Shown: piece by piece, positions 10,873 through 24,458 of the stretch
How positions within the stretch are numbered: position 1 is the stretch's first letter
How the letters are laid out: each line of letters starts with the position of its first letter
From: Harriotta raleighana
Taxonomy: Eukaryota
Direction of reading: 5' to 3'
Assembly (NCBI GenBank): GCA_050575255.1
Contig: JBNZDD010013604.1
Location: 330,310 to 394,309, forward strand
DNA: 64,000 nt
Notes under the pieces: model-generated
Told to the model about the DNA's origin: nothing
Seen by the model: the letters and a program-made list of their open reading frames with translations, nothing else
Databases searched by the model: none
Program-made: the position numbers and the translations under genes

Positions 10873-13800
10873 ATAAACAGAAGAAAGATCACAATGAGGT
10901 ATTTAGCATTCTTCTCGGCATTCCTGTGCTTCCAAAGCCGAGTCAAAATGTTTCTTGAAAAGGGAGGAAAATAGAGCCTGTTGAGCCATGTTCATGCTTG
11001 TTTATTAGGAATATTTGCAGAGCTGTAGAGCTAAGAAGGTAAGAACTGAGAAACAAATATTGAACTGCAGATGAGACTTGAGGTATTGTCGCACAGGGCT
11101 GAAAACAGTAAGAAGTATAGAGCAAGTTTCTGCCCAACAGCATAGGTGTAGCAGTATTGACTTGTACTGTATATTGCTGGTAAAGAGGAGAGAGTAGCTT
11201 TCAAGCGCAGTGTGCCTAGGAGGCCCAAGACGTACAATGGGTCTATCACAATAGAATTAGCTGCCTCGGCAGAATGCAAGAACGGTATATGTGGAGGCTA
11301 AGCCTTACCAGAAAGAGTATTTTCCACACGGAAACAATTCCAGGCAAGAGTAGTCCCATCAGTAGTCCAATCTCAAAGCACTTAAGAGCATTAATGATAC
11401 GCGTACTGACTGTGTATTGGTAACCAACTTACTGATGTTGACACCAAGGAAGTTAAATTGGCACCAGTGGCTGGCATTAACTCCAGGACCATTAGTGTTC
11501 TTTGTCGTTTAATATGTAATTCAGCTCCCGTGTGATGTCAGTCTTGATCTCTTCCCCAGACATGTCATCAGCACTGACCACTGACATAATGTATTCCAAA
11601 GACAATCACCATAAGAGCAGCCAAAGAATATTTCTACAAATGATAGCTTTTATGTCTCCAATTTTGTGAGGAGATCGGACAGAGACTCTTCATTTGTAAA
11701 AGGCAGAAATAATTGTTTTAAACAAAGTAGGCCTTTTAAGTAGAGTTTGAAGTGATACATGTAATGACATCCTTTTAGTTCAATTTGTTAGACTTCAAAC
11801 TAGGTGATTTTGAACTCAAATCCCTGGGTTTATAAAGTAACTTTCTGTTTAACAATGAATATAGGAGGGGAAAGAATGGTACTGAACTGAATCTAAGGAA
11901 ACAAAGTCAAACTGGTCCCCAATAATCTGGGGGATTTAAAAGTGCAAACATGTCTTCAACCCTCTGGCAAATTAGGGTAGTCCTAGCCAGATATGTAGCA
12001 TGCTTGTACTTAAAATATACATGTACTGTAGCTACTGGCACCTAAAATTGGATATTCACAAAGTAAATATGTTGAATTAATCACAATTTCTGGTTTGTGT
12101 TTTACAATTTTAAGGTGGAAAACAAAAGATGACTTTCAAATCTTTGAAAAAGGCTAATGCAAAATTGGAAATTGCAAAAAATAAATATTAAAATACAAAA
12201 TATGAATTTTAAAATGCCAAATTATGCTCGCCTGTTAGCGCTTTTATCCTTTTTTTTATTTCCTATCGCTTGGCATTCTATTTTTTACTTTTCTCTGTCC
12301 ACAAGTCAACTCTGTTACAATGCGGTTGTTTGGACTCAATATTTTATGTTATAACAAAATATGAAAAAATGGTTGACATCTGGGTTGTTAGGTAGTCATT
12401 GATATCACTTAACATCGTTCCTGCAAACTCTGCATATACACTATGCATAAGATTCTCCTACTGGAACTTGGGTGCCAAGCAAGTGTTGTTAAGCACTTTG
12501 GGTCACCCTTCTGATAAGGGAGGCACTATATATATGTAAATTTGTATTGTATTGCATTAATTTGTATTCTTTTCACATCCTTCACAAAGTAACATCAGTG
12601 TCACTTCCTCCACAAAACAAAAAAGGGTTAATAACCAGAACTACTAGCAAGTTCAGCCACAAAAATTGTATGTCAGATTTTATCAAAAGGCTTCAATTTA
12701 GGTGGTGCATGCAGACCTTTTAATGACAATATATTTCAGATTCTTTGTAGCCTTCATACTGTTGCAAAAATTTCTCAATCCATTAGTTTCTTACGTTATC
12801 GTCTGAAAAGTGGCCCTGTCTAATTTAATTCCATCAAAAGTATAGTTTTCATTGGAAGAAAGTGAACCTATTTCTGTGATTTAAACAGAAAAATGTAGCT
12901 ATATGCAGTTCAGAAGGTTTGAAATTTGAGAAAAAAAAGTCACTTTTTATAATGCTCATTCCTTGGCGACACATCAAAATAAAATCAGTTTAATAGATTC
13001 CTTCAGAATCTCTGTTTCATAATTTGTGGCAACATCTTTGAAAAATGCAAATCTAGAGGTGAGAACAAGCAAGGATTATAAACAGGGATTTTGTTCTTTT
13101 GTGAAACTGTAGGAAACGATTAAAAAAGAACAGGCTTTAAAAAAACTGTGATCAAAGTTGTTTATTTTCCACCCGTAACATTTAAGCTTGATAATTTGAG
13201 ATGAATCAGAGTAATACAGCCAGGTACTGAGTTGATCACTGTGTTGATGAGCTGCAGAACCCTAGCAATAAAAGGCTTTGAAATGAAACAACCCAGATGT
13301 TGAAGTCTGGGATACAGTGAGAGCAATGAAGGTTATTTTTCCTCTTCTCAATAAATGCCTTTAGCTTTGACTGCAGGTACTTACGATGAGAAACTTACCT
13401 CATCAAGTTAATAAATTAGTACTTAACTTCCAAAGTGGTTTATCAGAGATTTCAGTAGAAATATTGTCCTTTAAAAGGCCTGAGAAACAGGCTTCTCTAG
13501 TCTTTTGAAAAACTAGATGTGCTGAAATAATTTTGTGACTAAACTCTGTTCTTTGAAAGTTTATTTTTCTCCATTGCTTCCTCTCTTCTTCAGCGAACAG
13601 ACACTCCACACCTGAGGGTGGGGGGACACTTCAATTGTACTATTCTAAAATGCAGTGTGAATTCCAACATGCTGTGCAAAAGCGCCAAAAGGAACTCTAG
13701 TGATTTTTATTTGTCGAAAAAATGGACAGAGTATATTTACAAATGGGCCCAATGAAACACATTTGCCTTTCACTTCTGTAACACGCTGCAGTTGCACTAA

Positions 13801-15237
13801 ATAATTGATGAGTCCCACTTTGTAGCTCTTCAGTCAGGAACAGTTGTTAAACCTCAGCACTTCAAAATGCAGCTGCTAGTGTATAAATACCTAACTCTCT
13901 ATATTAGTCTGGGTTACACTGCATGTGGATGGAGATTGAAAGAGTGTCTCCTGAAAGGACTGAATGCAGAAATTATTCAGACAAAACTTTTCAGTTTTCA
14001 GGATACAAATCTGCTGATTCTACAGAGATGTGACTTCTGGATTTTACATTTCTGTGGAATCTCAAGTGGACAATGTGTTTGGCTGTTTCACTTAGACACT
14101 TGCTGTACATATCTATTTTGACTTGACGTGGAACCAGCCATGACCTTATTTAATTACCCATGTACAGTTGCTGTTTAAATAAATGAGATGTAACAACAAA
14201 AAAGCACGCACAAAAAATGATTGTTAAAAAATCTTTGAAATGAAGGGTTTGTTGAGATGTTATTATTTAACCACTAGATGGTAGTGTTGCGTCACAGAAA
14301 ATATGAGAGGGATCCACAAAGAGGTTTATCCAGCGAGAGAAGTGGTTTACAAGCTTTTGGTTGGGTGCAATGTTCTCTGGATATCAATAAAAACAAAACT
14401 ATATTGTAGTCACATTTCAAATGTATAGGAATAACAAGATGAATTTTGCCAATGAAACCTGGCCCATTGTTTAGGTCCTTCACCAGGACTGGTGCTGCTT
14501 TTATTCCTGTTTAATTTATTCCCCCTCCCCCTATGGTCACTTGCTATGCTCTTCTAGTCTTCGTAGCAAGTGAGTGAGTGAGAGGGACGTATGAGGGGAG
14601 TGTGGGGGGAAGGGTGTTTGACTCCTCAGTGGATTCCAATTGTGATCTGAATTGACGCGTTTGAAAGGATGAGGACTAAAGATTGACAGGAACATTGCAG
14701 CTTGTAACTTGCTCAGTTCCTTGATTAAGTATGTAAAATCTGTGTATTATTAAATGGCCTGGGGTGTCAGTCTGAGGTTAGACTCTCATCTGCAACCTCA
14801 AAACAGTGACTGAAACGAGTGAAAAGTGTGGCAAACAGGACATTTATTCAAGAAATCTGATTTAACTTTTTTATTCAGCAAACAGTTGATATTGAACTTC
14901 ATCCTAAGGACTTTAAGAATGAGCAGACTGAAAGAATGTAACTTTGGTAAAGATATGTGGTAAAGTGGGGAAGGAAAATGCAGACCTCAAAGGTTCTGAG
15001 GGCCCAATTGTCCTAAAATGTAAAATTGTTTGCAGCAATGTAGATTTTTTAAAATCAGTTTTATTTTAGAAGTTGGATTTCTGTAGTACTCATGAATAAT
15101 TGCAGAAAAATTATTTAAAACCATTTTTTAAAAATTAAGAATGAATTGAAGAATTTTCCAAATTTCCCAAACTCTATAATGTACCCTGGAATTTCTAAGT
15201 TACTGGTACAAGGCTAAAGTCAGAGCAAATTTCAGAC

Positions 15238-15623
15238 TTCATAGAATAATAGAAGGTTACGGCACAGAAGGAGGCCATTCGGCCCATCGAGTCTGTGCCG
15301 GCTCTTTGACAGAGCAATGTCACTTTTTTTAACCCCAATCACCAGCTTTCTCCCCATAACTCTGCAAACCCGTCTTCCCCAGATACCTATCCAGTTCTCT
15401 CTTAAAAGCTGCTATCGAATCGGACCTCACTACCCTTTCAGGCAGATCATTCCAAATTCGAACAACTCTCTGAGTGAAAACATTTATTCTATTCTCCCCT
15501 CTGCTTCTTTTGGTAGATATCTTAAGACTGTGACCTCGGGTCACAGACACACCTACCAGCAGAAACAGCTTTTCCCTATCTAGCCTGTCGAAACCTTTCA
15601 TGATCTTGAAGACCTCTGTCAGG
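15238..15623 (-). mobile_element. CR1 LINE 3' end, relatively young
   Basis: The C-terminal part of ORF 15329..15763 (LTEVFKIMKGFDRLDREKLF...TRGHSLKI...NVFTQRVVRIWNDLPERVV...FKRELDRYL) is the CR1 ORF2 end. Terminus catagaataatagaaggttacggcacagaaggaggccattcggccc. Confidence 0.93.
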
Positions 15624-15772
15624 TTTGATGCAACAAGGCCCAGTGATTGATGAATGTAGTAGAACACATATACTTTGCTGATTTTCATTGATGGTGATGA
15701 TTCAGAATGATTTTGCCACATCGGTATCGGAGCATTTTTGGAGAGTGATGGAAGTAAACCCACTAGTAGGTT

Positions 15773-15855
15773 TGCAGCGCTTTGAGACGTCTAGAAGATG
15801 TGAAAAGTGCTATATCAAATGCAAGGATTATTATCATCATCATCATTATTATTAT
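15773..15855 (+). mobile_element. SINE 3' tail fragment
   Basis: agcgctttgagacgtctagaagatgtgaaaagtgctatatcaaatgcaagga followed by (TTA/TCA)n. Confidence 0.8.
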
Positions 15856-16352
15856 AGGTCTGCAATTGTCCTGCTTTTTCTTGTAGCAGCAAATTCAGTG
15901 TTACAGCCAGAGCAGGGAATAGGAGAAACACTTTGTGCATTGGTGAGACCAGACACAAGGAAGGGATCTGGCTGGTGCTGGACTCAACGCCATATTTCAT
16001 TTATGTATCCTAGGGCCTTCCTCAGTATAAACAGCAGGAGGCAAATCCTCAGATGGACACCAGCCATCAATGGGAGCTAAAGAAACATTAAAAATAGAAA
16101 CATTCTTAACAATCGGCTGTGTTTCCACTCTCTGGCACTAGCATAGTGGCCAGGAGGCACCAACCTCCTCAAATCTGGCAGGCATGAGCAGCCCACGGAA
16201 AAATGCAGGAACCATAGTATTCTGCCAGAACTAGGGAAATGGGCTTCAGTCCTACAGAAACACATCATTAAGCGACTGTTAATACAGAATCCACCAGCTT
16301 GTCCCCAGGTTCGCAGGAGCTTGCTAGCTGTTTCCTTTTTTGCCTGTGATAA

Positions 16353-16754
16353 ACCTCGGGCTAACGATTCAAAATAAATTTGGGGGTTGATATAGGTTTG
16401 AATGGTGTCTGGTTATGATAAGATTCGAGTCCACAATGATAATAGGATCAAAATTGCGATATTTACAAACTGGATTCACAAAGGATCGTAAATATAAAAC
16501 CCCCGCTGGTGACCACAACAACCTGGGGGAACTCCTCTCCCCTGCACCCCCATATGGAGATTGAAACAGAGTGGAGTTCCTCTGGGTTGGCAGGATGCCC
16601 ATCTGGTTCGCGGCAGATTTCAATATTTACAATCCTTTCCGAATCCGGGCAGTTTTTACCTCAAATATTGTGAATTTACTGCAAATTGCTTTTTGCCAAT
16701 AACCGGCCAACTAAATTGAACAAAAAGGAGATTGTCACATCGTTAGCTTAAGGT
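16353..16754. mobile_element. About 400-bp whole-length palindromic element (probable non-autonomous DNA transposon relic)
   Basis: Several arm pairs symmetric about ccatatgg at 16550-16557 (see findings). The palindrome is seen directly; transposon origin is inferred. Confidence 0.7.
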
Positions 16755-17011
16755 AAGTGTTGGGATAAGTAAGTAGTACTTGTAGACTAAGCCAGCTACT
16801 TGATGGTACATCCTGCTACTGAAGGCCTGCCCCTCCCCTCCTCTACTTCTTTAGACTGAGTGCTCACTAATCCTTTAGAAAATCACTTGATTTGACTGTG
16901 ACATCCATAACTGGCTTCTCTTGCTCCAAGCTAAGTTGATAGCCTCTCTGGTCTGCATGTTTGGTTTAGGCTTTCATTGCCTGTGAATCCACACAACGTC
17001 AGCCATGGGAG

Positions 17012-17126
17012 ACCGGTTATTTTGCCTTTGAATTGTGGAGCCAACCATGTGAGGTAAACTTAAACTGATCAGTTTTGTGTAACCCACCTAGCATAAATCA
17101 ACCTAAATTTGGCTGAAATAGACCGG
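17012..17126. repeat. About 115-bp palindromic element
   Basis: Centre aaactgatcagttt (17062-17075). Outer arms accggttattttgcc and ggctgaaatagaccgg share the same axis. Confidence 0.6.
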
Positions 17127-17968
17127 CTTCTTTCTCTAACCTCCAAGGACCTGATCTGTTGAACCCTTGTGGATTTGATACCTAATATGCAGTATTATCA
17201 AGCCCAGCAAACAACATGACATGAACTGGGAGCCATTGCAATCAGATTGAAGAATTTTCAGAGAGATTAAGGAAACACTCTCATTAAAAGCTGGCATTAG
17301 CATTCTTCTGAGATCTTTTAAAAAGGCTTCTCCAATTTTGTCTGACACCATCCACAGATATAGATATAACCCAGATTGAAGGAACCCGCAACAGCATCAT
17401 CGCCCATTAACTTTGAGAAATGCCACAGTTGTCTCTGAAAACAGTGCAGATCTCAGCATAGTAAGGTAGAGTGAAACAAGGCTGAATACCAAATGGAGAG
17501 AGACATGTGATGCTGCATTTATATTGTGGTGTATTGCAGAGATGATTCAAATAGAAGTAACTCTGCAAGCCCCGAGGCTGCTGAGGAATTAACCCGTTCA
17601 CAGGTTGGAATACACAGCACTACGCAATAATAGAAACAACTGTGCAACAGCAAATTTGGTTATAGGCCCTGTATTACTATATCTGCAGTTCTTTTATATA
17701 TCGGGGAAATTTGTGGTGTTCGATATCGAATTCTTTGTGATAATCATTACATTCAGTGATCATTTTGAAACACTGTAAATTTAGTCTCATATCTTAATCT
17801 ATAATAATAATAATAATTCTTGCATTTGAGGATGCAAATTAAGAGCTACAAGGATCCCAAACCTCAAAGCTTAACTATCACTAGTTTCTAAACTCGCTCT
17901 CCCTGACTCCCACACTTTGAACAGTTCCTTTGTGCCGTTTGTAAAAATTATGCTACCTTCTTTTAGTC

Positions 17969-17988
17969 TATATATATATATATATATA
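17969..17988. repeat. (TA)10 microsatellite
   Basis: Read directly from the sequence. Confidence 0.9.
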
Positions 17989-18313
17989 CATTCATAATAT
18001 ATAAACCACTTTATCAAATGTGAGGATTATTATTATTATTATTATTCTCAATCCAACTCAATTTTAATCTGAAATCCGAGACACAGCATTTTAGAGCTGG
18101 TTCACACATTGCTGACTGAATTAAGTTTTTACTATTATTGTGTATAATTGACATTAAAAAATTGCTATGGAGTGGCTTTCAGTTATGCTGTGGAGACAGA
18201 ATGATTCCCACCCACCCCTCCCATCAAATGCTGCTACTTGGATCTGAAATCAAAGTCAGTTGGATCAGGAATAATCAAAGATGGTACTGATTTCTTTATA
18301 TATATACATATAT

Positions 18314-18622
18314 AAAATAATCCTCGCATTTGTTATAGCACTTTCCATGTATTCTAGACATCTCAAAGAGCTTCACAGAATATACTGTAACGTGAGATGA
18401 CTGTATATACGTGGACAAAACATGGCAGCCAATTGCACACAGCAGTGTCCCCAAAACAGTCGTGGATTGAAATGACCAATTGTTTTTTGAGGGATTATTA
18501 TTAGGTGTGTGAAGTAAAGAAACTTGCCCAAGGTTTCAACCTATCTGGAATTGAACCCAACCTGGAATTGAACCCAGGTCGCTTGGTAGGCAAGTGCTCT
18601 AAGCACTGAGCTATAGGTCTCC
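18314..18622 (-). mobile_element. tRNA-derived SINE, short variant, full length, with duplicated B-box
   Basis: Reverse complement of the family at 38537-38853. ctggaattgaaccca occurs twice in tandem. Flanked by (TA)n on both sides. Confidence 0.9.
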
Positions 18623-19989
18623 AATATATATATATATAATAGATAAAGTTTATCCCCGTCAGGTGAAACATCTAGCACTGATCCCGATGGTGGGGGAGGA
18701 GGTACCCACCAATCACAGAGCACCCCACATCCCAACCCTATGCCACCTGGCTCCCAAACATTTTTGTATCTACGTCATTAAATTACTATTCATCTATTTA
18801 CCTATCAAATATCTTCAGAAAATCCATGTAAACTACATCCATTGACCATTAGCTTTTTGCCTCCAAAATATACAGTCTATCTATTTTGCAATATATTCTG
18901 CCAAGCCTTTTGAGAGGTCTCTAAAATGTAATGAGACATCTCAACAGCAAGAATTATTATTATCTTATGTAGCTTTGTATCCCCGGCTGACTCCATTATA
19001 GGTTCTTCAGGGGCTAGGAAAGAAGTTTGTTTAAGGAGACACAATTCAAGTGAATGTAGGTTTAAATCATGAGGGGATTAAACCACAGATGATGTTTTTG
19101 AAATTTATTTTGGAACAGTAATAACTTATCTCTCCTTTTATGTCAATAGTGCGTTCCTAATGGTCCACTGTAATTCTTCCCAGTTTAGCTCAATAATGTG
19201 TAGAATTACTTGGAAACCTGATAGCTGGATCATAGGATGAGCAGGGATTATACCAATTCCTAGAAACATAACACTGGCCAGATTTGAGGAAATATCTTCC
19301 AATTTAAATCAGAATAGAAACAGGAAATGGACCAATGTATGATTGATGTAAGAATGAGCAGGACAGTTAACATCACCCTTCCCTTTTTAGGATCCTGACC
19401 TTGGCTTCACACATTTTGTGTTGTGACACTGGGTTTGTTTTCAGGATTAGCGATTCCCCTGAACTTTGGTTTCTTTCATTGATTAATAAGAAGTTGTTTG
19501 ACACACTAAACTCCATTTTTTTTGTAGGCCTTGAATCAAAAATGTTTTTGATAGTTTTTCCTTGCTGACGGAGAAATAATGCTATATGTGTCTTTCCTAC
19601 AATTTAACTCCAACCCAATTTAATTTACAAACAAACTACCTGTGGTTTTCTGCAGATAAATACTTCTATCAATGCAATGGCTGTATCGGTGCTTCTACAG
19701 GACCTCTCTTGTACTCAGATAGAGTAGAGGAAAAGAGTGGTAAACTGATAGGTAATTTTTTCTCTCTTATGGCCTCCCGACACCTCTTTCTTGCTATTAT
19801 CTTTGTTTATTAATCCAATCTGCAGGGTGGAAACCATAGGTGAAATAATCACTGCCAGATGGCAAATTTCCCAGATATAGGAGCAGTATTCAATTGTTAC
19901 TTCATAAACAGTGAAGTGTTATTTTCATTACAGTATCAAGCTGATTCTTAAATTATTCTACTGCATTGGCTACTGACATGGTGGTAATC

Positions 19990-20210
19990 TTACACTTATT
20001 AAATACCCTTTGTGTCAAAAAAAACTTCCTGGAGCCTTTCTTGAAATTGTTCTTTAAGCCCTTATCCTGTATTCTCTTCTTACCTTGGGATATTTGAAAT
20101 AATTGTGTGTTTATTTCTCTATCATGTTTAATATCTCATACACCTCTGTGATGTCCTCTCTGAGATCTTGTTTCAATGGTGAAAAGATCGAGCTGATTCA
20201 GGCATTCATC
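19990..20210 (-). mobile_element. Very old CR1 fragment
   Basis: atcatgtttaatatctcatacacctctgtgatgtcctctctgagatcttgtttcaatggtgaaaag is antisense to an LFT...LRED.TEVYEIL-like CR1 segment. Confidence 0.5.
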
Positions 20211-22504
20211 AGAGCTGATTCCCACCTAAATTTCTCAAATTTAAAATTAATAAATCATTTACTTTATTGGGCCAAATGAGTTCCTGAAATATTGAGTTTT
20301 ATCTACACTAGATAAAACATATATAGTGTAATCAGAGCTGAAATTAATGTTTGCCACATTTTGACTAAGGTTGCAGACTGCATTCTGTTGGTGGCCAGAG
20401 CATTTTACTTTGCTCACTCATCACCCTTGACACCTTGTTGTCAGAATAGACCCTTCACTTTCTTTCCCTGAATTTGAGTTTCCAAAACTGATTTGAAACC
20501 AGTATTGTAGCCTGCATCAGCAGATCTCTTCGTTCCATAGTATCAGATGAAATATTTGCACAGGTCTCCTTATAAATGAATGCCTTAATTGTGTTTGTAA
20601 TAATGATCTGTCTTAACCCAGCACTTGTATTCAAATGACTGATCAATGGGAAAAACTGATTTCTCAATGTGCTTTAGAAATATTGATTTGGCTTTAGGCA
20701 GATGTTGTTGGCTTCCATTTGATGTTTAATATTATGTATAGATTAGGAAATTATGGTATACCCCTAGAATCATAGAAAGCTTACAGCCCATCATATCTGT
20801 GTTGCTGTATTAATCTGTGTAGAGTTGAAGAATGTAGATTGTATTGCACTGTAGAAGATATAGCCTTGATTGTGAAGATTTAGTAAGATTTCTTTCTCAC
20901 TAAATCTCATTAATCACCAGAAAAATCAGTCAAACGTTTTGGTTAAAACTGAAATTAACATTTTGCCAAATTTCAGATACAGTGAAATGCTAAGAAAATA
21001 GAGTAAGTCTAGATCCTAGTGGAATTATTCTCCATTTCCATCCTATATTGATGCATTAAACTGGCATTAATCTGGCATTATATATTGGCACATTGACTTG
21101 GGGATATACATTTGGTATTCTTGTTACAATTAGCTTTTGTTCTCACTTTGCCGGCTCTAAAGACTAACGAATCTTGTTGTTTTGAAAATATTACAATTTC
21201 AATTTTGTGTTCACAAACGGAAGTTACAATCAGTGCTTGGAATATCTTTTGTAAAAACGCAAAGGAAATTCCAGTTTAGGGATCTTGTGGAATTAATGAA
21301 TCTTGTACAGTGTTTAGTGTAGGTTTCAGGCTTTTCCAATGTGCTGCAAAAACTAAACACGGCATAAAAGGAATGAAGCATTACAATTGAGGTGCCTTTT
21401 TTGCTAAATAATAAATGAATACTGTGTGTTTCACAGCTAGTTATTATTCAGTTAGTTCACTGACAACTGTGTGCAATCTATTGCTCCCAAATTAGAGTGC
21501 TCATATCATGAACAAGGATTGATCTGAGCCATATATGGGGCAGGCGATGTAGAGTAATTTTTAACCAGTTTTTCTTAATTAGTTCAGTTTTCTTACTAGT
21601 CAATTGAGGCTATTGTGCTATGCAACACATTGCATCATTGCAGGAGTTTAATTTTAATATTTGAGATTTAATATTTTTAGAATTCTGAAAATTAATTGTT
21701 TGTGATGTCTTTGCAAGGCTTAATTTATTTCAACCATTTCTGTGAGGAGGTTTTGTTCTCCAGTTATTTCATCATTAATATAAATAGTGTCAAAGGGAGT
21801 TCAAGAAAATTACAGCATTCTAGTGGCGTACTGATACTTGGGAAGCTGTATTTGTAAGATTGAAATATTACTTGTAAGGTAGAATTTGCCCCCCCCAAAA
21901 TCACATTGTAAGATAGTTTTCAGGCTAAAATCCAGTGGAATTCCTTAACTTTGATCTCTGTCCAAACAACTATCAGATAATGCGTATGTATGTGTGTCCA
22001 TATATTGAGTCAGGATAAGATAAAGCTTGACTCTCTCTTCCTGCGGTTGATTCACTGTGAAAACCAGCAGTTAAATAATGACCACTGGCAGAAGATGGCA
22101 GGCACTACCCCAATAGAAGGAAAATCAGTTAAGTACTTTCCGGAGATGCAGTCAGAGGGAAACATTGGTGAGGAAAAAGTCTGTCACACCAATAAAACCT
22201 CTCGATCCCTTAATTTTGTCCACTTATAAAGTCACAGTTCTTCTGGAAGTACATTTTCCCCAGGGATACTTCCCTAGTAATAACATTTACAACTGGGAAT
22301 TTGTTTGTTTGCTTTCCTTTTATGGTATATTTGTTGTTCTCGTTTCTAATGAAAAATGTGGAAGTGGGACACTGCTTAAGTGATTTATACTCTGAGGAAC
22401 TGAGACACTTCTGAAATTAGCTGAACTCTGGTCCCACTTCATATGATAGAGATAGCACTAGGAGCTCCCAGCGAGCTACTGGTGACAGCACAGCTCAGCA
22501 TAAA

Positions 22505-22655
22505 ACATATGAATGACCAGTTAATCTCGAAGATTGTTGGCCAATGGAGGAAGCTCAATTTTTAATTTAAATAGTGTAAAGAGGTCATTGGGAACTTCAA
22601 CTTCCACCCAAGCAAGGTAGACAGAACCTCAGCTTAACATCTCACCTGAAAAGGT
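22505..22655 (-). mobile_element. DeuSINE core fragment
   Basis: aatgaccag...gggaacttcaacttccacccaagcaaggtagacagaacctcagcttaacatctcacctgaaaag is antisense to the Deu core seen at 790-860. Confidence 0.6.
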
Positions 22656-23344
22656 TTTACATTAGTAATGTGTGAATTCAGAGGCAGAAATCAGAAAGAA
22701 ATAGGAGGCAGAATCCCAGGCTGAGGATTGAGAACTGCAACCAGTGTTTTAGAACCAAATTAAAAGAAACATTTGACCATCTGCACTTTAAATGAGCAGA
22801 TGCATTGGCTTCTGTAACAAACCTCCTACCCCTCTTCTCCTCAGTAGTTTGGCCAGGGTCCTGGTGACAGGAACTCACCAGGCAGAGAAATCTAGGAATG
22901 AGCTGTCGTGTATTTTTTTTTATTTCTTTGTAGAGGAGAGTGGCTGGTGGTGGTTGATATTGACACCAGTTCATGACATTTCAGTGTTTGTGTTCCAAAA
23001 TCAGAAAGGAGCAGGAGGTAGGTTTTAATCCTTGTGCCTTACTGACAACTGCCACCTGGCAGGGTTTAGACAATGCGTCCGTGGTCTTTGTAATTTTTTC
23101 GCCTGCTATAAAGTCAATGGTGCTTATGATAGCTTCTGTCATGTCTGAGCAGAGCTGCAGGGTCTCGTAGAGGGGTAATGACAGCTTAGCCCATTATTTC
23201 CTGATATTGTGCCAATCTGAAGTATTTGAGAAGTGCTGGAGAAGTCTGCTGTGATTTCACCCACTCTCCACTCTGCAAAAGAACTACATTCAGCACGGGA
23301 TAAGAGGTAACAAGACAGTAATTCAGTGCAGAGGTTTTGCCTTG

Positions 23345-23672
23345 TATCCTTGAATTTGACGTAGTGCTTTTCACGTCTTCTAGACGTCTCAAAGCGCTTC
23401 ACAGAATATACCATACTGTAAAGTCAATTGACTGTGTATTTGTGGGCAAAACGCAGCAGCCAATTGCACACAGCAGTGTCCCACAAACAGTTATGGATTT
23501 AAATTACCAATTTTATTATTGTGGTTTTTTTGGAGAGATTATTATTGGAGAGATTATTATTAGATGTGTGGAGTAAGGAAACTTGCCCAAGGTGTCACCC
23601 TGACTTGCCTAGATTTGAACACAGGTCTCACGTTTGTGAGGCGCGTGCTCTAACTACTGAGCTACAGGACTC
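23345..23672 (-). mobile_element. tRNA-derived SINE, short variant, full length
   Basis: Reverse complement of head (gagtcctgtagctcagtagttagagcacgc), Deu-like block and tail. Confidence 0.92.
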
Positions 23673-24162
23673 TTATATGTGCACAACAACAGAGAAGTAA
23701 GGAATATAGGCAAGCCAACATATGCAGGCCAGTAGCAAAATGTGTTCAAGAGGCTATGCCATATTCAACGGTGTGAGATGTTCTGTAATGATTGTTTTAC
23801 ATTACAACCTATAAAAGGGACCTGAATTTAGATTTTAAATATACTTATTTCACTTAATTTTCCTTCCCTGACAATCAAACCTAAAAAGGAAAAATACTTT
23901 TATTGCTGTAAAGCTACTAGTCTCTAAAATGTTTAAGGCTGGACTTACTTAAATGTGTGATCATTCAGGCTACAGAAACTGTAAGTACTGGGAAGATGAT
24001 AGGCATTAAGAGTTGTCCTATTCATGCCAATCATTGTGACTAGGTTTAACTGTAGCTTGGCTTTAAGCAGAAGATCCAATGGCCCTATTTTGTGCTGTGA
24101 GTGTCCACAGTTACATTCACAATTTGCCATAGTGCTCATCCACATTTCCCACAATTAATAAT

Positions 24163-24458
24163 AGATTCCTGTAGCTCAGTGGTTAAAGCAACAGACTTGG
24201 GTTCGATTCCAGGCAGGGCAAAACCTTGGTCAAATTTCCTTACTCCACATGCCTGATAATGATCCCTAAAAAAAAATTGGGTCACTCAATCCACAACTGT
24301 CTATGGGACACCCACAAAATATACAGTTAATTTACCTCACAGTATATTCTTTGAAGTGCTTTGAGATGTCTTTAAGATTTGAAGAAGACTTGAAGATATA
24401 AGGTGCTATATGAAAATTCAAAAAAGCACTATTTCAAATGCAAAGATTATTGTTATTA
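24163..24458 (+). mobile_element. tRNA-derived SINE with internal deletions
   Basis: cctgtagctcagtggttaaagca...gggttcgattcc (A and B boxes), tail aaatgcaaagattattgttatt. Confidence 0.85.

Noticed and set aside
15329-15763. 144-aa ORF as a host gene
   Set aside because: Its C-terminal part is CR1 ORF2 and its N-terminal part is read-through into flanking DNA.
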